A DNA stretch of 64,000 bases from Takakia lepidozioides (lineage: Eukaryota; Plantae; Bryophyta), in the NCBI GenBank assembly GCA_030704615.1, contig CM060734.1, positions 61,008,001 through 61,072,000 on the forward strand. The letters run 5' to 3'. Numbering within the stretch: position 1 is the stretch's first letter; the number at the start of each line of letters is the position of its first letter. Of the stretch, positions 40,201 through 53,756 are shown in pieces. The position numbers and the translations under genes are program-made. The notes under the pieces were generated by a model, which saw only the letters and a list, made by a program, of their open reading frames with translations, searched no databases and was not told the DNA's origin.

Positions 40201-43200
40201 CTGTGTCTGCATTCTGCTGAAACTTCCTGGTGCTGCTTACACCATAAGTTGTGACGGTAGCATTGTCCTTGCTGATTCTTGGGGTTTATAGCATCAGCAT
40301 TGATACATTTTGGGCTAATTAGTTGTCCTCATATTGGTCTAAGACATGGAAAAAAAATCTCTCTATATTTATAATTTGATCTTAGATACTCACTCTGGGA
40401 GCACACCTAATTACTAAGGTGGGATGGTGTATGTTTTAGGTCAATCTGGATGCCAACACAGGTAACCTTGCTGACATAACTTCTTGGCCTGAGTTTCACA
40501 ATGGAGTTGCTGCCAGCCTAAGGCTAGCCCCTGGTCAGGTATGTCACCATGTCATACAGTCCCAATTACGCCAAAACCATGATAGATGCAGCATGTGGAA
40601 CACTTCTCTGTGATATGATGTCAGCAATTCTATGAGCCTTAAGTAGATGGTATGTGTGAGCTGATTTTCGTAAAACGAGCTGCACTTTAGAGAGTCTGGA
40701 ATTAATCTTGGTTTGTTTGCCTTCTCATAGATGTCTTGACATGCAGGCAAAGATTACACGTACTTGGATAGTATACAACAAACCTGACGAGCCAAACTTC
40801 GCACATGCGGGCTTGCTCATGGCTCTTGGCTTGCATAAGCATCTTGGTGTGCTTGCTGCTACTGATGTTTATCGTTACCTTGCGCAGGTAATTCTGGGCC
40901 CCATTTGTGCTTGCTGGGTGGATTCTGAAAACACTTAAAAGTCAGCATATCGAGTAGCATGTTGATGATGTCATAATGTCTTTTCTCAGTGGTTGCTTTA
41001 GCAGGGGGTTGAATACAAGAAGTGCAGAGATGGGCCAGTAGGATAGGTTAGAGCAACTTTAGAATGTCCAAGGGAAACTGAGAGAGCTGTCATGAAGGCA
41101 GAAACAAAAGTGCAGGTTTGGAATGAATTATAGAACTTGGAAGATCTTTAAAAACATATAGTTCATGTCTGTGAGTCTTAGTTTGTGCTCATCTTGCCAG
41201 GGGGCATTGTACCTGGTAAATTCCGACAACTGCATATGTGTAACCATGGCCTTGTCTTCAAGCCAATAATATTTCAAAGAATACAGATTCAGCAGAGTCC
41301 TGAGATTAGAAGGTAGATTGTTGCTCTTTTCCCAGTAGGTAGGATGATATGTACATTGTGGCTGCCATGGGGTGGCTCACTTAAGAAACTTATGACTCAA
41401 CACTAAATGGTGTCATTTGTTGGCATTCATGCTGCCATCCAGGAACATGAGGCAACTACGGTTGGTGTGCTCTTAGGTATGGCCGCTGCTCATAGAGGCA
41501 CCATGGATCCTGCAATTTCGAAGGTCCTTCCTCTCTCTTTCACTGTCTTATTCAGCAAAAGAGTTGTCCATGGATGTGTGTCTGAGCATGGCTTTTGAAT
41601 GCTACATGTTACCCAAGTTTCATAACAGGACACCTGTCATCATGTCTTGTTTTATTTGGTTGTCATATGCTCCTTTTCTGATCAAATTGTTTCAACTACT
41701 TTGGATGCATGGCACCTTGCAGATACTATATCTTCACATTCCTGCCCGACATCCTCCTTCCTTTCCGGAGCTGGAACTGCCAACTCTCATGCAGGTATCC
41801 ATTTAAAGGTTATCCGTTTCTCATAGCTGCATTGGTTTATGCAACGAGAGACCTGTCCATACAGCATGTGCACTTGGATGTGAAGCCTATGAAGTAAAGG
41901 TCTATTTCCATGAGTTATGATGTCTTGTAAGTATCAATCACCTCATTCTCACACTATTTTCTTCAGTTTTTCCCTCTAAGGATGTGCCACTAATCTTGAA
42001 CAGAAGACATGAATTCCATGTCATTAGGTGTGGGACAGAGCCTCTATGTCAGTACTGACAGGATTTGTTGTGGTTATTCAGTCCCAGTCTATGCTCCACC
42101 CAGCACAATCACCAGATGTTCTATTCAGTTTGGCTTCTTGTTTTTGACACCATCTTTTGTTGTTCATGTGCCCTAGTCGGCAGCATTGATGGCTGTGGGG
42201 CTTTTATATCAAGGCTCTGCGCACCGTTTGACAACTGAAATTCTGCTGGTGAGTGCAGCTTCTATCACGCTGTGTATACATCAGTGCTAGAGAGAAATGC
42301 TCCTTATGTGGATAGCCCCATCAAACTCAGACTCCAAATGACTGAATGGAAAGGAAGTCACTTCACCAACCATAACCAATCCCATGCCATCAATGGAAAA
42401 GTGGATAGATCATGAAACTGTTAGAAGTACCCTAGTGATAAAAATACTAATTCCATGGCACCAGCTGAGTGGCAGGAAACCTTCGATGCCGGCAAGCTGA
42501 ATAGATCATCTTCTAGACCATTTTGCTACACACAATTTTGCGAAAGTTGTTGACAGTCGATGATTTTGGCTGGAGAGGGGGCAGGCAGAAATTGGGCGGA
42601 AACCCGGAGGTGATAATGCTTTAGACAGGGAAGGGTATGCCTTGGCGGCAGGCCTGGCGTTGGGCCTTGTGACTCTAGGTGAGGTAGCAAACTTGAGGTA
42701 GTTCCAAGCAGTTGTCTGCAACCCTTCAGGCATCCATAAAGTCAGAAATCAATTTTAGTGGGGGACAAATGCACACTTGATCACTGCAGGAACAACAGGT
42801 GGGATGGCTTGAAGGTTAACTGCTACTTCAGTTTTTGTATCTTCCTCTTGTTCTCTTTTACGTAGATTGTTGAGATTTGGGGGCATACTCTAAGTTTGAG
42901 GAAGGGTAAGTGTGAGGATAGTGTAGAGTCAACTATTGTCACCAAGGTCAGAGGTGGTGCCTCACGTTCTTTTGCCAGGCAGTATATTTGCGCTTTCACC
43001 CTACATATGTATTTCAAGAAGTCAGCTAGTTGTACTCTCTTTTTATTTGTGTTCTCTCCTCAATAGCATAGCTAATGTTGCACACACAGGTCGGGGAAGG
43101 GATGCATATGGCCTGGCAGATCTCCATATCGAAGATCGCTTACGTCACTACATGTCTGGTGGTAGTGAACCCACTGATGTACGTCAATTTCCTTCATCAA

Positions 43201-46200
43201 GGCCCAACCTTCCTCTTTTCTCTGTTTTCATTATGTAAGTCCATTCTTGAGCTTTAGAGTCTCTTGAGCTGAGGACCCTCACTACATTCTGAAGCCTAAC
43301 CGCCATTGACGTCTGGCTTTTTGTTGTCATGAAAGCCTTGGTCTTTTCTGGCCAAAAGAAGCTACTGAATACAGAAGATTCAGTGAACAGTTTCATATGA
43401 TGAGGAACCAATATCTGTGCATTGTTGTACTAGATAAATCATGGCAATCAAGAGTTTTTTAGAAATAAAACAATTCTCTTTCTGCAACATTTAGACAGAA
43501 ACTTTTGCTCCTTTCTTCCTGTTTGTCAAAACATTTGTTTAATTATTGTAATGGTAGTTTCAGGACCGTCAGAAGAGGTTTGATGGGACAGTTTCCACAA
43601 GTGCCATACCTTCAGCCTCAAGGAGCTTGGATGATCAATCGCAATCAGGTGGTCAAGTAAGTAGAACAAAGCCTACCAGCTTTTTATGTGACAGCCACAA
43701 TTTGCTGGCCACAAGATCATTGCTTTCAACCCATCGTCTAGGTGGCCTAGACTTTGTTTTTGGCTTTTTCAGATCACAGGCTTCCAAATCCAGCCTTACA
43801 GGAAATAAAAAACTTGCAGTATGAAGCAGTGAATTTAAAGATAGTGTAAAACGCTTGAGTTAGTATATTTTAGTTGTTTCTGCTGGGATCACACACAGGC
43901 ATGCTAAGCTTGCTATTCCTAAAGTCCAAGAATACGAAGAGGGCTCGTTCTGCATCTTTGCAATGCTTTAGAACAACTCATTGAATGGGAGTTAGTGGAA
44001 AGCTTGAGTAGATAGATTTGTGGATGCAAAGTGGAGTGAAAATCCCTTCATGTCTTGCAAGATAATATCTATCCGTACGTAATGTGTTGGGTGCCTAGGT
44101 TATGGAAGGCTCCATGGTTAATCTTGACGTCACTGCACCAGGTGCAACGCTTGCTTTGGCACTTATGTTCCTCAAGGCATGTTAAACACTCCTTTTGTAC
44201 TATCAATTGCTGTGTGGGTCTGTTATTTCTCAATCAGAGACAGCATGTGCCTTGTTGTTTGACAATCTTATGTGATTTGTCAGCACAGGAGGGTCTCCTG
44301 AGATTGTTTTCTTTCCGGACATAGTAGATCTGACTCGTTTGTCCAGTAAAGGATGTTCATAATGGAGTGTTCTGGTCTTGTTTCAAGTGTTCAGTACCCG
44401 CAAGGGGAAGAGGCTCGCTGACTTCAAATGGCATCATCTCTCTGTTTTATGTGCTGCTGAGAGACCAAAACTGCAATAACAGGACATCTTTTGAGTTTCC
44501 AGGCAGGCTGGAGTTTTGAAATTGAATGCAGTATCTGCATGTTGTCATAGGCCACCTGTTATGCTACTGTGTTTTAGATTCCTTCTTGTGTTCAGAAGAA
44601 TGTCATTGTAAGTACATTACACATGGTTTGAAGGTTGGGTATATGACAGTATTAGTGCCAGAAGTTCTTTTGCACTCCTAAACAACTCCCCCTCTGTAGG
44701 AACCGTGGGTTTGGGATTTTTGTATATCCTGCGGCTCATTGTTGTCTCTGAAATATTGCTTCAACTCAAAGCCTGTGACTCTACTGAGTGCTATGTGCTT
44801 GCAAACAGACCAACTGTGAGGTGGTGGCAGCAAGGCTTGCCATTCCGGACACGCACTTTGCTCTTGAATATGTGCGCCCTGACTTCATCCTTCTACGGCT
44901 TGTGGCTCGAAGTCTTATATTGTGGGACAGGTAATTTTAAGCCGTTATAGGAGAGAAATCAGGCTCAGTATGAGGGTTACTGAGTGGCCACAGTACTCAA
45001 GGCTGCCAATAAGACTATGGTTGTGTAGTTGAGATTGAATTGGAGTGCACCGTGTCTGTCATAGTGTTCAGGCAACAGAGGAGTGGATACAAAATCAAGT
45101 TCCAGATATCATGAAGGAGGCAATTGCATCTTCCTCTCAAGGAGCAGGGGCTCCTGAGATGCCACTGAATACGGATGCAGATATGGAGGCTCTCGCTCAA
45201 GCACATGTCAACATCCTTGCTGGCGCTTGCCTGTCAATTGGTATTTTACATGGATGCACTCAAATTATAGCATCAGCTTCACTTCTACATCTATCCTTCT
45301 ATAAGATGCTTCAGAACAGGGAGAGTCATATCCATTTTGTGTTTTGTAATCAAACTAATATCTGTCATTTTCAACGGTCACTTGGTCTGTGAAGCTCACA
45401 TTATGCTCTAACTAATCTGGTGGCCAAAATAGTAGGTGTTATACCTGGTGGTTTCCTGCATATAGCACCTTGACAAGTCAGTGTTAGGGCTGCCGTCTTA
45501 CGTGTCAACCAACCCTCCTCTCAATTGTCATGGTACTTATATGCAGGACTTCGATATGCTGGGACAGCGAGTGCTGAAGCGCAACAGTTATTACACCATT
45601 ATGCTCTGTACTTTTTGAGTGAGGTGATGGAAATATCTATTGTTCACAACTACTCGTTTCTTGATGCCATTTAAGAAGGTTGCAGCAGCCCGATGCAGTA
45701 AACAATATCTGTGGGTTGTTTGTGTTGGTAAGCTCATCTTGATGTGCAAGGGGTATAGAATGTTGTTTGGAGGTTCCTCCTGATTTTCTTAATTTAAAAG
45801 GATATTCTCAGTTTACAACAGACTAAAAATGCGATGCTGCCTCTTAAGGTCAACCAAAGAGTGATGTCCACCCAGCATCAAATTGATTGCATGACCTTTA
45901 CCCCGAAAAGGGCCTGTAGGATAAAACAAACTCAAGCAGGGTTAATATTCATCCCTTCTGAATGGTGTGTGAATGTGCTTGGACGCTGGGTATGTTGGCA
46001 CATGACAGAAGCGTGCAGCAGCCCCTCTAGGTGGGACCACCAGCCCTAGTGGACATCGGGCGTATGTGGACCGGGGCACCCTTGAGACATGCCTAAATGT
46101 TGCTGTGCTGTCATTGAGTGTGGTCAGTAACTAGTTCTTATGGACTTGGGTCACACCGGCAATTGAATTTGTCCAGAAAAGCACAGGGTCTTTTATAAAG

Positions 46201-49200
46201 AAATTCAGAGCTCTGAAGGTTGGTGATTAGTTTTTGAAGGGACCATAATTCTGTGTCGTCTTGGCTGTCTTTCCCGAGCATATATACTGTGGACAAATTT
46301 TAGCAGAGTCCTAACCAGTCGCTGATCAAGCTCCATTCTTGTTCCTCAACAGGTTATGGCGGGCACTGGACATCTGGAGACATTCAGGCTTTTGCGATAT
46401 CTTCGGCGTCGAAATGATTCCGATGGAGCAATAACATTTGGCAACCACATGGCTGTAAGCACTGGTGGTTCCTTCAAAATCCTTCAGAGTATTATCTATT
46501 TTTAAGTGCATCACATGCTATCTGCAGTGACGGTCTGTGAATGTCCTGTTACCTGGATACATCCTTCATGTGCAAGGAATCAAGGATCAATTTACAGTTG
46601 CTATGTCATAAATCTTGTAGACCTGCCAGAGTGGGTTTGGTTGTATGCCTGAGCTTCGGGGATTTGTAGTGCTCTTTCCAACACACAATTTTAGAAGGCA
46701 AAGGTTTGTTGATGGCGGCAAAGAAAGTCTTCTTGGCGCTGATCTCCTGTGTAACGTGAAAGCAGGGTGTGACATTGAGGTCTATGAGGAAGCTCTCTTA
46801 AGTGTTGTATAATGAATGTCAGTGCAGATCAGCATGGCTATTGGGTTTTTGTTCCTAGGTGGAGGTGGCCTTACCTTCGCAACCAACAATGGTGCAGTCG
46901 CAGCATTGCTAATTGCCTTATATCCTCGATATCCCACTGCTCCCAATGATCACCGGTGTCATCTTCAGGTAGAAATTCTATGTTTCTCTCTAAGGGTTTA
47001 CTTCAGAGAAGATTCGTTCCTTGGATTGTAAGTTTGAAAGTCCTTGCAGTTGAAATGCTCCAGGGAACCTTTCCCTCCCCCCCAGTCCTCCCTTCTCCTT
47101 CTGCACTTGGTCTGAGGATCAGAAGCCACAGGCCTAGAGCCTTGTTGTCTTTTGCTTCTCTCTCTCTCTGTCATTTCTGCGGTAAACTGGCTGTAGGAGT
47201 AAAAGCTATGCAACCGGGCTGTGGAGTTTGCATGCGGATAAGTGCCTCTGTGAGCACCTCTATGGCAGTTGCAGGAAAGTAAGTTTATACCTGCAGGTGA
47301 GCTGCAGGAATAAGCTAAACCCTGGTGGGTGGGAACCCCACAAAATGCTCCAGGAGGGTTAGTTTCCCGCGGGGTCACAAGCCAATGTTCTGAGGAAATG
47401 GCATACATTTTGTGTTTTTTATGTGCATAAAGCTTCCCTGAACTTGTGTCCAGTTCGTGACATGGGTGAGGAACCTTACCGATGATCTGAAGGGCCTACC
47501 TCAGCACTAGACTGAAATTTAAATTCAGGGTGGGGAGTCTACCTTTGAACAGTAAACATATGCAGAGAGGAAATGGAGATTGTCAATGCCGGACAATATG
47601 TGTTTTCTGATGCCCTGGCCCTATTGCAGTCTAATTTCTGGGTAGCGATGCTTGTGAAGGGCTTTCTAGAGGAAATCTGGAAAGCCCGAACTAATTGTTT
47701 ATATAAGATAAGTCCCACTACGTGAAGTGAGCCCCATACAAAGGGTAGTGTCTGTTCCCTCTTGTTCAGCCCAAACTGGGTGTGGGGTCTATGGCCACAA
47801 GGCAACGGCAAACATCATCGTATGAGCACATTCTTTTGTTTTAAGTTTGTAAAATATTTGTGATTTGCATGCGAAAACCATGTCTTCCCATTATCCTTCT
47901 GGAAAGTTTACAGATAAACCCAGTATGTCGGCACCTTCTGTTGGAAATTGATGAAGTCAGTGGGGAGTTCAAGATGTAGTTAGATCAACAATCTAAGTTA
48001 TGAGCCAGCACGCTTTTTGGTTTCCTTCCTTTTCATGCTGTCTCTTCTTCCATGAAACTGTAGTTGATGGTTTGTCCTCTTCAATTGCTTCTTTCCTTGT
48101 TCCTTGTGTTGTCATTTTGAAACCTCTTTCCCTTGCATATAGCATTCTCATATTTGGTTACCTCTCCTCTGCGTTCAAAGGTTGAGTGGGCTATCGCATA
48201 GATATATAATCTTAGAATCCTTGCAGTCTGAAACTTCGGAGCAGGTAAAATTCTATAGAACTTCTGACCCAAGGCCACAGCAAACAACATCTTGTGAGTA
48301 AATAAATTCAGAATGGACTTTTAGTGCCACTAAATGAAGGCGCTGTGTAGCATGACGTGTACTCAACCACTGTGCGTATGTACAGAACCCAAACATACCT
48401 TAGATACACCAGTCAGAAGTTATTGCGACCCTCTTATTGACTGATCATGAATTAAGTGAGGAGTGTACCATGGCGGTCATTGTTGTTCTCTTTTGTGTAA
48501 AATACTGTCTGCAATTTTGCTATGGGCTTCTTCTGGCTTGTAGATCATTATCAGCTAACATGCAAGTGTTTGTTTGTGGCAGGCATTCAGACATTTGTAC
48601 GCATTGGCTACAGAGGCACGCTGTTTGCAAACTGTGGATGTGGACACAAGCTTACCTGTCTATACCCCTATTGAAATAACCCTTAAAGAGTCGGCTTTTT
48701 ACAGTGAGACCACTTTCTGCCGGGTCACTCCCTGCATTCTGCCCGAACGATCTTCAGTATGCTGCCCTTTTCACACTACTGGCTGCCAGCCCTGTTTGCT
48801 GTCTTGTTTCTCTGCTAGCTGTCAGCTTAAGAGTACAAGAAAGGTTTATCCTTCTATGCAAACATTCTTTCCAGTACATATTTCAGCACATTGGTTGCTC
48901 TGACCAGTGTGCAAGGTTCTCAAACTTATGTTCTTTAATGGGGCTAGACAAATTCATAGTTGCAACACCACAGTTCACCTCCACCTCCAGAAGAATCATT
49001 GTGTGGCAGCTCTCTTGTTGCAGCTAAAGCGGGTGCGTGTGTGCGGGCCACGCTATTGGCCCCAAGTCATTGAATTGCCTGCTACAGGTATTAGCATTTC
49101 TATTGTTCATACCGTGTCATAGTAACTCCGGAAGAAAAAATCCTTGCAAATGCCAAAGTCTGGCTTTTTGAATTTCACCACCTGTGGGCACGTCCATAAT

Positions 49201-51500
49201 CTAAACAGCTCAGCCCAATGTCTTGAGAGAATGCTGATATGCAACAAGATGGGTGTACATGTCTTGGAAGGTAGAATCTGCGAACACTGGGATGTTGCAA
49301 CATTCTATCTGTGTCGATGTAGATACATCTCTAAAGTTGTCTGTGTTTTAGGCTTTTGAGTTGCATATGTTATTGTGGCAGAACAACCATGGTGGGAACC
49401 AGGGGATGCAGAAGGTGGACCCTTCAATGGTGGTGTGCTTTATGTGAAGCGAAAAGTTGGGGCTCTTTCTTATGCAGACGACCCCATTGGTTGCCGCTCT
49501 CTGCTATCACGTGCCCTCCATAAGGTTTTTCTGAGCCTCTTGCATCATTCTTCTGAATCCTCAGTCGTGTTGGTAGATTGGCAAGTATTAAGCTAACCAG
49601 CTGCAATTTGTATGCCTCCCAAGCAGTGTAGTTTGATCTTGCAGCCCTGTTGAATTCTTGAGATCTAATACAGCCTAGTAGCATCTTGAAAGTTTGGAGA
49701 ATGGACATATACCTTTGAATGCTCATGTAGTAGTGTGATTGATAGCAGGTTTTTCACATTGTGTATGGAAATGCTTTTGGTTACTAGTGTTTTTGGAGCG
49801 CATCTTCAAGTATATCACAGTTTTTCATAAGTAACCTGTGCAATTGTGTTTATGGACATTGGAAAATGGTGCTGAATTGACCCCACCATTCCATGATTGA
49901 AGCCCATGGAGTAGTTCTCTTCAAATCTGCCACCTTGGTCAGCATGGACCTGGCCAAAGCAGCTATGTATCTTAAACCTCTTCGACACACGCATGACCTT
50001 TGACGCAGGACAGTGAAGACACTAGTCAAGAAACATTGGGTAATGTTATGGGGAGAGGTCGACACTCCAAAGTGGACCAGCTTGTTAGCACTTTCTCTGC
50101 AGATCCCAGCATGCTGGCATTTGCGCGGCTCTTCTGCAGCGGCTCTGATGAGAAGTAAGCAGTACACAGGAAGGATTCCGAATCAGTGACTCCTGTACTA
50201 TCTGTTATTCTTGTAAAAGCACTAGATTTGAGGAATGACATTCTTCTTCAAAGTGGTTGTGGCCTGACTCTAAATATACTCCTTTCGGGCTCTGGCTGTA
50301 TACTTCAAGGTGGTGTTTTTGCTGCCTTCACTGCAAGGGGATCACAGACAGCTGTAAGGCAGATGCTAACTCGTTGGGTAGTCTAGTAGTAGCAGCCTTG
50401 CCATTTAATATCAAGTCGCACCTATGTGATTACAAAACTGACCATGGTGTGATTGTTATGGCAGGTTGGGTGGTGAGTTCGGGGACTTTTGTTTGTTGGC
50501 TCTTTTTGAATGTGTCAGCACTGACCGTCCAGCTTTGCTGCAGGTCTGTTAAGATCTCTTATTAGTTGTCAACAGCCTTAAGTTAATCTGTGGCTAGCTT
50601 ATGTATTGGGCCTATGGACTTCTGTAAAGTACAATCAGGATCAACACATTCCCACAATGTTAAAGCATTGGTTGACATTTTGAGTAGTTTCTTCTTATTT
50701 GGATGCTGGGACAGACATATCTAGCTCTGTATACAGCAGTGGAGGCCTTGGTTGATAGAGCCACTGGTCGGGGCACCAGCATCAGCAGCATTTGCAGTGA
50801 TTCACTTTCTATCTACAGCCTCAAGGTGAGTTCAAAGGGCTTCATGCCTTCCTACTAGACTTAGATTCTGTTGCGTCTGAGGGCTAGAGCTGTGAGGAGA
50901 GAGTGGAAGGGACTCGGGACTTCTCCTTCTGGGATTCTCAGTTTACAACTTTGTCAGAGTTTCGTGACACATAGGTGGTTGGATCTGGAGGAACAGGTAG
51001 CAGTTGCATACTGTGATGTGCTAGGACAGGAAGAAGGGGGATCCCTAGTTCAGCGAACGTTCTTGGCAGCTCTGGCGAAGCGCATCGATGATGTCCTCAG
51101 TAACCCCCAAGTCTTCCACTCAGATACACCTACAGCACAGTCAAAGCCCTACCTCTCAGAGCTCTACTTCTACTTGGATACGGGGCAACGCCCATTCGAC
51201 TCCAGACAAGGAGGGGCCCAGGCAAATGCACGACGGAAGGCAACATCCCCACAAGAGAACCAAATTCAAATGGTGCTGTTTGCCTGCTACTTGTGTTGGT
51301 ATGGGATCCCAAGGCCTCGACTCGTCTCGACTGCTCTGCAGCAGCTGGCAAGGGAACTCCCAGGCTTCCAGAGCTTTACTTTGTCTGACTTAAACTCAGC
51401 CTTGCCACTGCTTGCACTGGTGTTGCCAGGCACACCCATGCCAGCTCTTCTCCAGATAAACGAGTGTCTCCCCTTCCTCTCCCTTAATACATTCAAGTGA
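31202..51500 (+). CDS. APC1: Anaphase-promoting complex subunit 1 (~38 exons by manual reading)
   Basis: Exons read FEPFGL, DEELFIHGN|IVWSAG, SIWSLPCGLLLQR, LHAVYEDCKLDTLRWR, LDRLPPGVSLPLRH, LRFGRDLRLNEV, RTTALSFGRGAFTL, WPEFHNGVAASL, HAGLLMALGL, GLLYQGSAHR, REGYALAAGLALGLV, DVTAPGATLALALMFLK, LYPRYPTAPNDHRCHLQAFRHLY and GPRYWP. These are APC1/PC-repeat motifs. Confidence 0.95.
37145..37894 (+). mobile_element. 5'-truncated LINE copy in an APC1 intron with a 14-bp TSD
   Basis: Homologous to 3160-3910. TSD TCTATTCGTGTCCC at 37131-37144 and 37895-37908. Confidence 0.93.
47432..47834 (+). mobile_element. Diverged 3'-end LINE copy in an APC1 intron
   Basis: Homologous to 37352-37894 (DDLKGLP...[15 protein letters not shown]) and ends ...tatgagcacattct. 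Confidence 0.82.
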
Positions 51501-52343
51501 AATTGGTTATAACAACTTCAACAATCTTGGTGCCTGGTCAATGGAATCCATGGTGAATCCAAGGACGTTTTCCAGCCTCATTCTTTGATATAACTGAACG
51601 ACACAACCAAATCCACATCTCCTTGTCTTGACTAGATTCCTGTTGAAGCACAGGTCAACAGTTCATTTCCAGTTAAGTGTTTTCACCTGACTACAAAGTG
51701 GCGCTGCAAAGGTGAAAGGTCACATCATTGAACCTATAAATGATAGGAAAATTTTGTACACCAGAGATTACCGTGCACCAACCATGATGGTGTGATAACA
51801 CAAAGCTGGCATGAGAGTAGTACTGGTACGTGAGAAAGTATCTGTAGCACAAATGAAGGAGGTTAAACTTCACAGAGCCTGTCATTTTGGACAGACTACA
51901 GAACCCACTGACTGGTTATAGACCAGGTGCCACCTGTAAATCAAAATACTCTGCAAATTGCACTTTTTCTCAGGAGTAACACACTATAGTACTGCATGCA
52001 GTGACATTCCTACAATATTTTGATTTCCTCCCTGCCCATAATCTGCACATATCTTGCACATATTTTGAAATCCTTTCAGTACTGTAAAAGTTGGGACCCA
52101 TGTCTCGTGATGGAGGACGATAGGAGCATCAATAGGAAGAGGGCAATCATTAAGTGAAGACTGCATGCTTGAACAAATGGAAGTAAAAGGTGTAGCAAAT
52201 TGAAGCCAGCAATTATGATACAGTCTATTCCCTTCTCTCTGAATTTGAAAGAACTAGGGGGGCAAATGAATGGGGGGCTCTACCAACTAAGGCAACGAGG
52301 CTTTTGGTTGAAGTTCTCTTCATACAGTACATTTTCCAGGTTA

Positions 52344-53696
52344 TTAAGCTATAAAGACAACAAAAATGAGTAAGAACACAATCAACACAAAAAATATTTT
52401 GATGATGAGCCATCGATTTGATGAGATCCGGTTCAAATACTTAAGAAGCTGTCCTTGTGCTCCTTCCACATTTGCCAATGTGTCTTCCATATTCTCATCA
52501 ATCCTGTTGCAAAACGGTTCCAGTAAGGTCACCTTGGGCACACATGGGGCCTGAAAGAACTCAAAAGTCCAATTGTCCCCCAGAAAGCTCTTTTTCTTTA
52601 GTGACCTCTCTTGCTGTGGTAGCTCCTTGGTTAGAAGTCAATCAAAACAATCCTAAAAACGCAGCACACTACCGAGAACCTCAATATGGTGTTGGAAACA
52701 GAGCACCACGTCAGAAAAACACTACCGACAGAATCCTCACTAAATGAAGCATCTTCATTCAGTACCTCCTGACAGATACCTCAGGTATTACCCCTATTGC
52801 AATGGCATGGAACACTCTAGCGGAAATGCTACCTTGAGCTCCAACAAAAGCCTGTCCGTTATCTTACTCCTGATGTGGGTTTTAGAAGGTAGACAAAGTC
52901 AAATCATAAAAGGACTGATAGATCAAAGGGGCCAACTGCCTTAAAACCCACATAATAACGGAGACTAGACAAGACCCTCCAAACATAAAAGGTGAGGGAC
53001 GGAACCGATACAAATGCTCTCGCTGCAGAGTAAACCATACTAATGGCTTTAATGAGGTATCGATGCCTCCAAAGCGGACAAGGAATCAAGGAGAAGCTAT
53101 ACCTGATAGTCATTTCGCCTTGCTGGGCCACCATGTTAGCCAACTGTGTAAAAATGTTGCTAAGCTCTACAATTGTTGACTCCACGTTCTGGAGTGCCTC
53201 TGCTCGGTTCTGCAGATAACTGTCTTGCACCGCAACCATTTGTTGCTGCATCAGCCCTTGTGTTGTTTTTGGAGACGACCCCTCCACAGTTGCTCGCCGT
53301 CTGTGAGTCAAACTTGTCAACATTAAGAGAAACCCCCCAATAAACTCCACATTCAAGAGCATGTTGAATTGCATACAAAATGCTCCAATCAAGACCTAAG
53401 CCAGTTGCAACTCTCACTGTACCACATGGTGGGCCTCATTGCGTTCCAAGGGAATTTAGTCACACATACCTCCCTAACATTTTACTTTCAACCATTCCCA
53501 AGGAAGCGTCAAGAACTGGCCACTAATGGCCGTGCTTGATTTGCTCATTCGAGACTCTTCTTCTATCACTCAATCCAAGACATTGGAAGGACATGGTGCA
53601 AGGCTATTTGTGACATCAAATCCACTTCAAGTTTACCAGCCACTCTCAAACGAAAACCAGACAAGAAAATGCTGATAGGTCCACAAAGAAGAAAAA

Positions 53697-53756
<60 letters not shown>

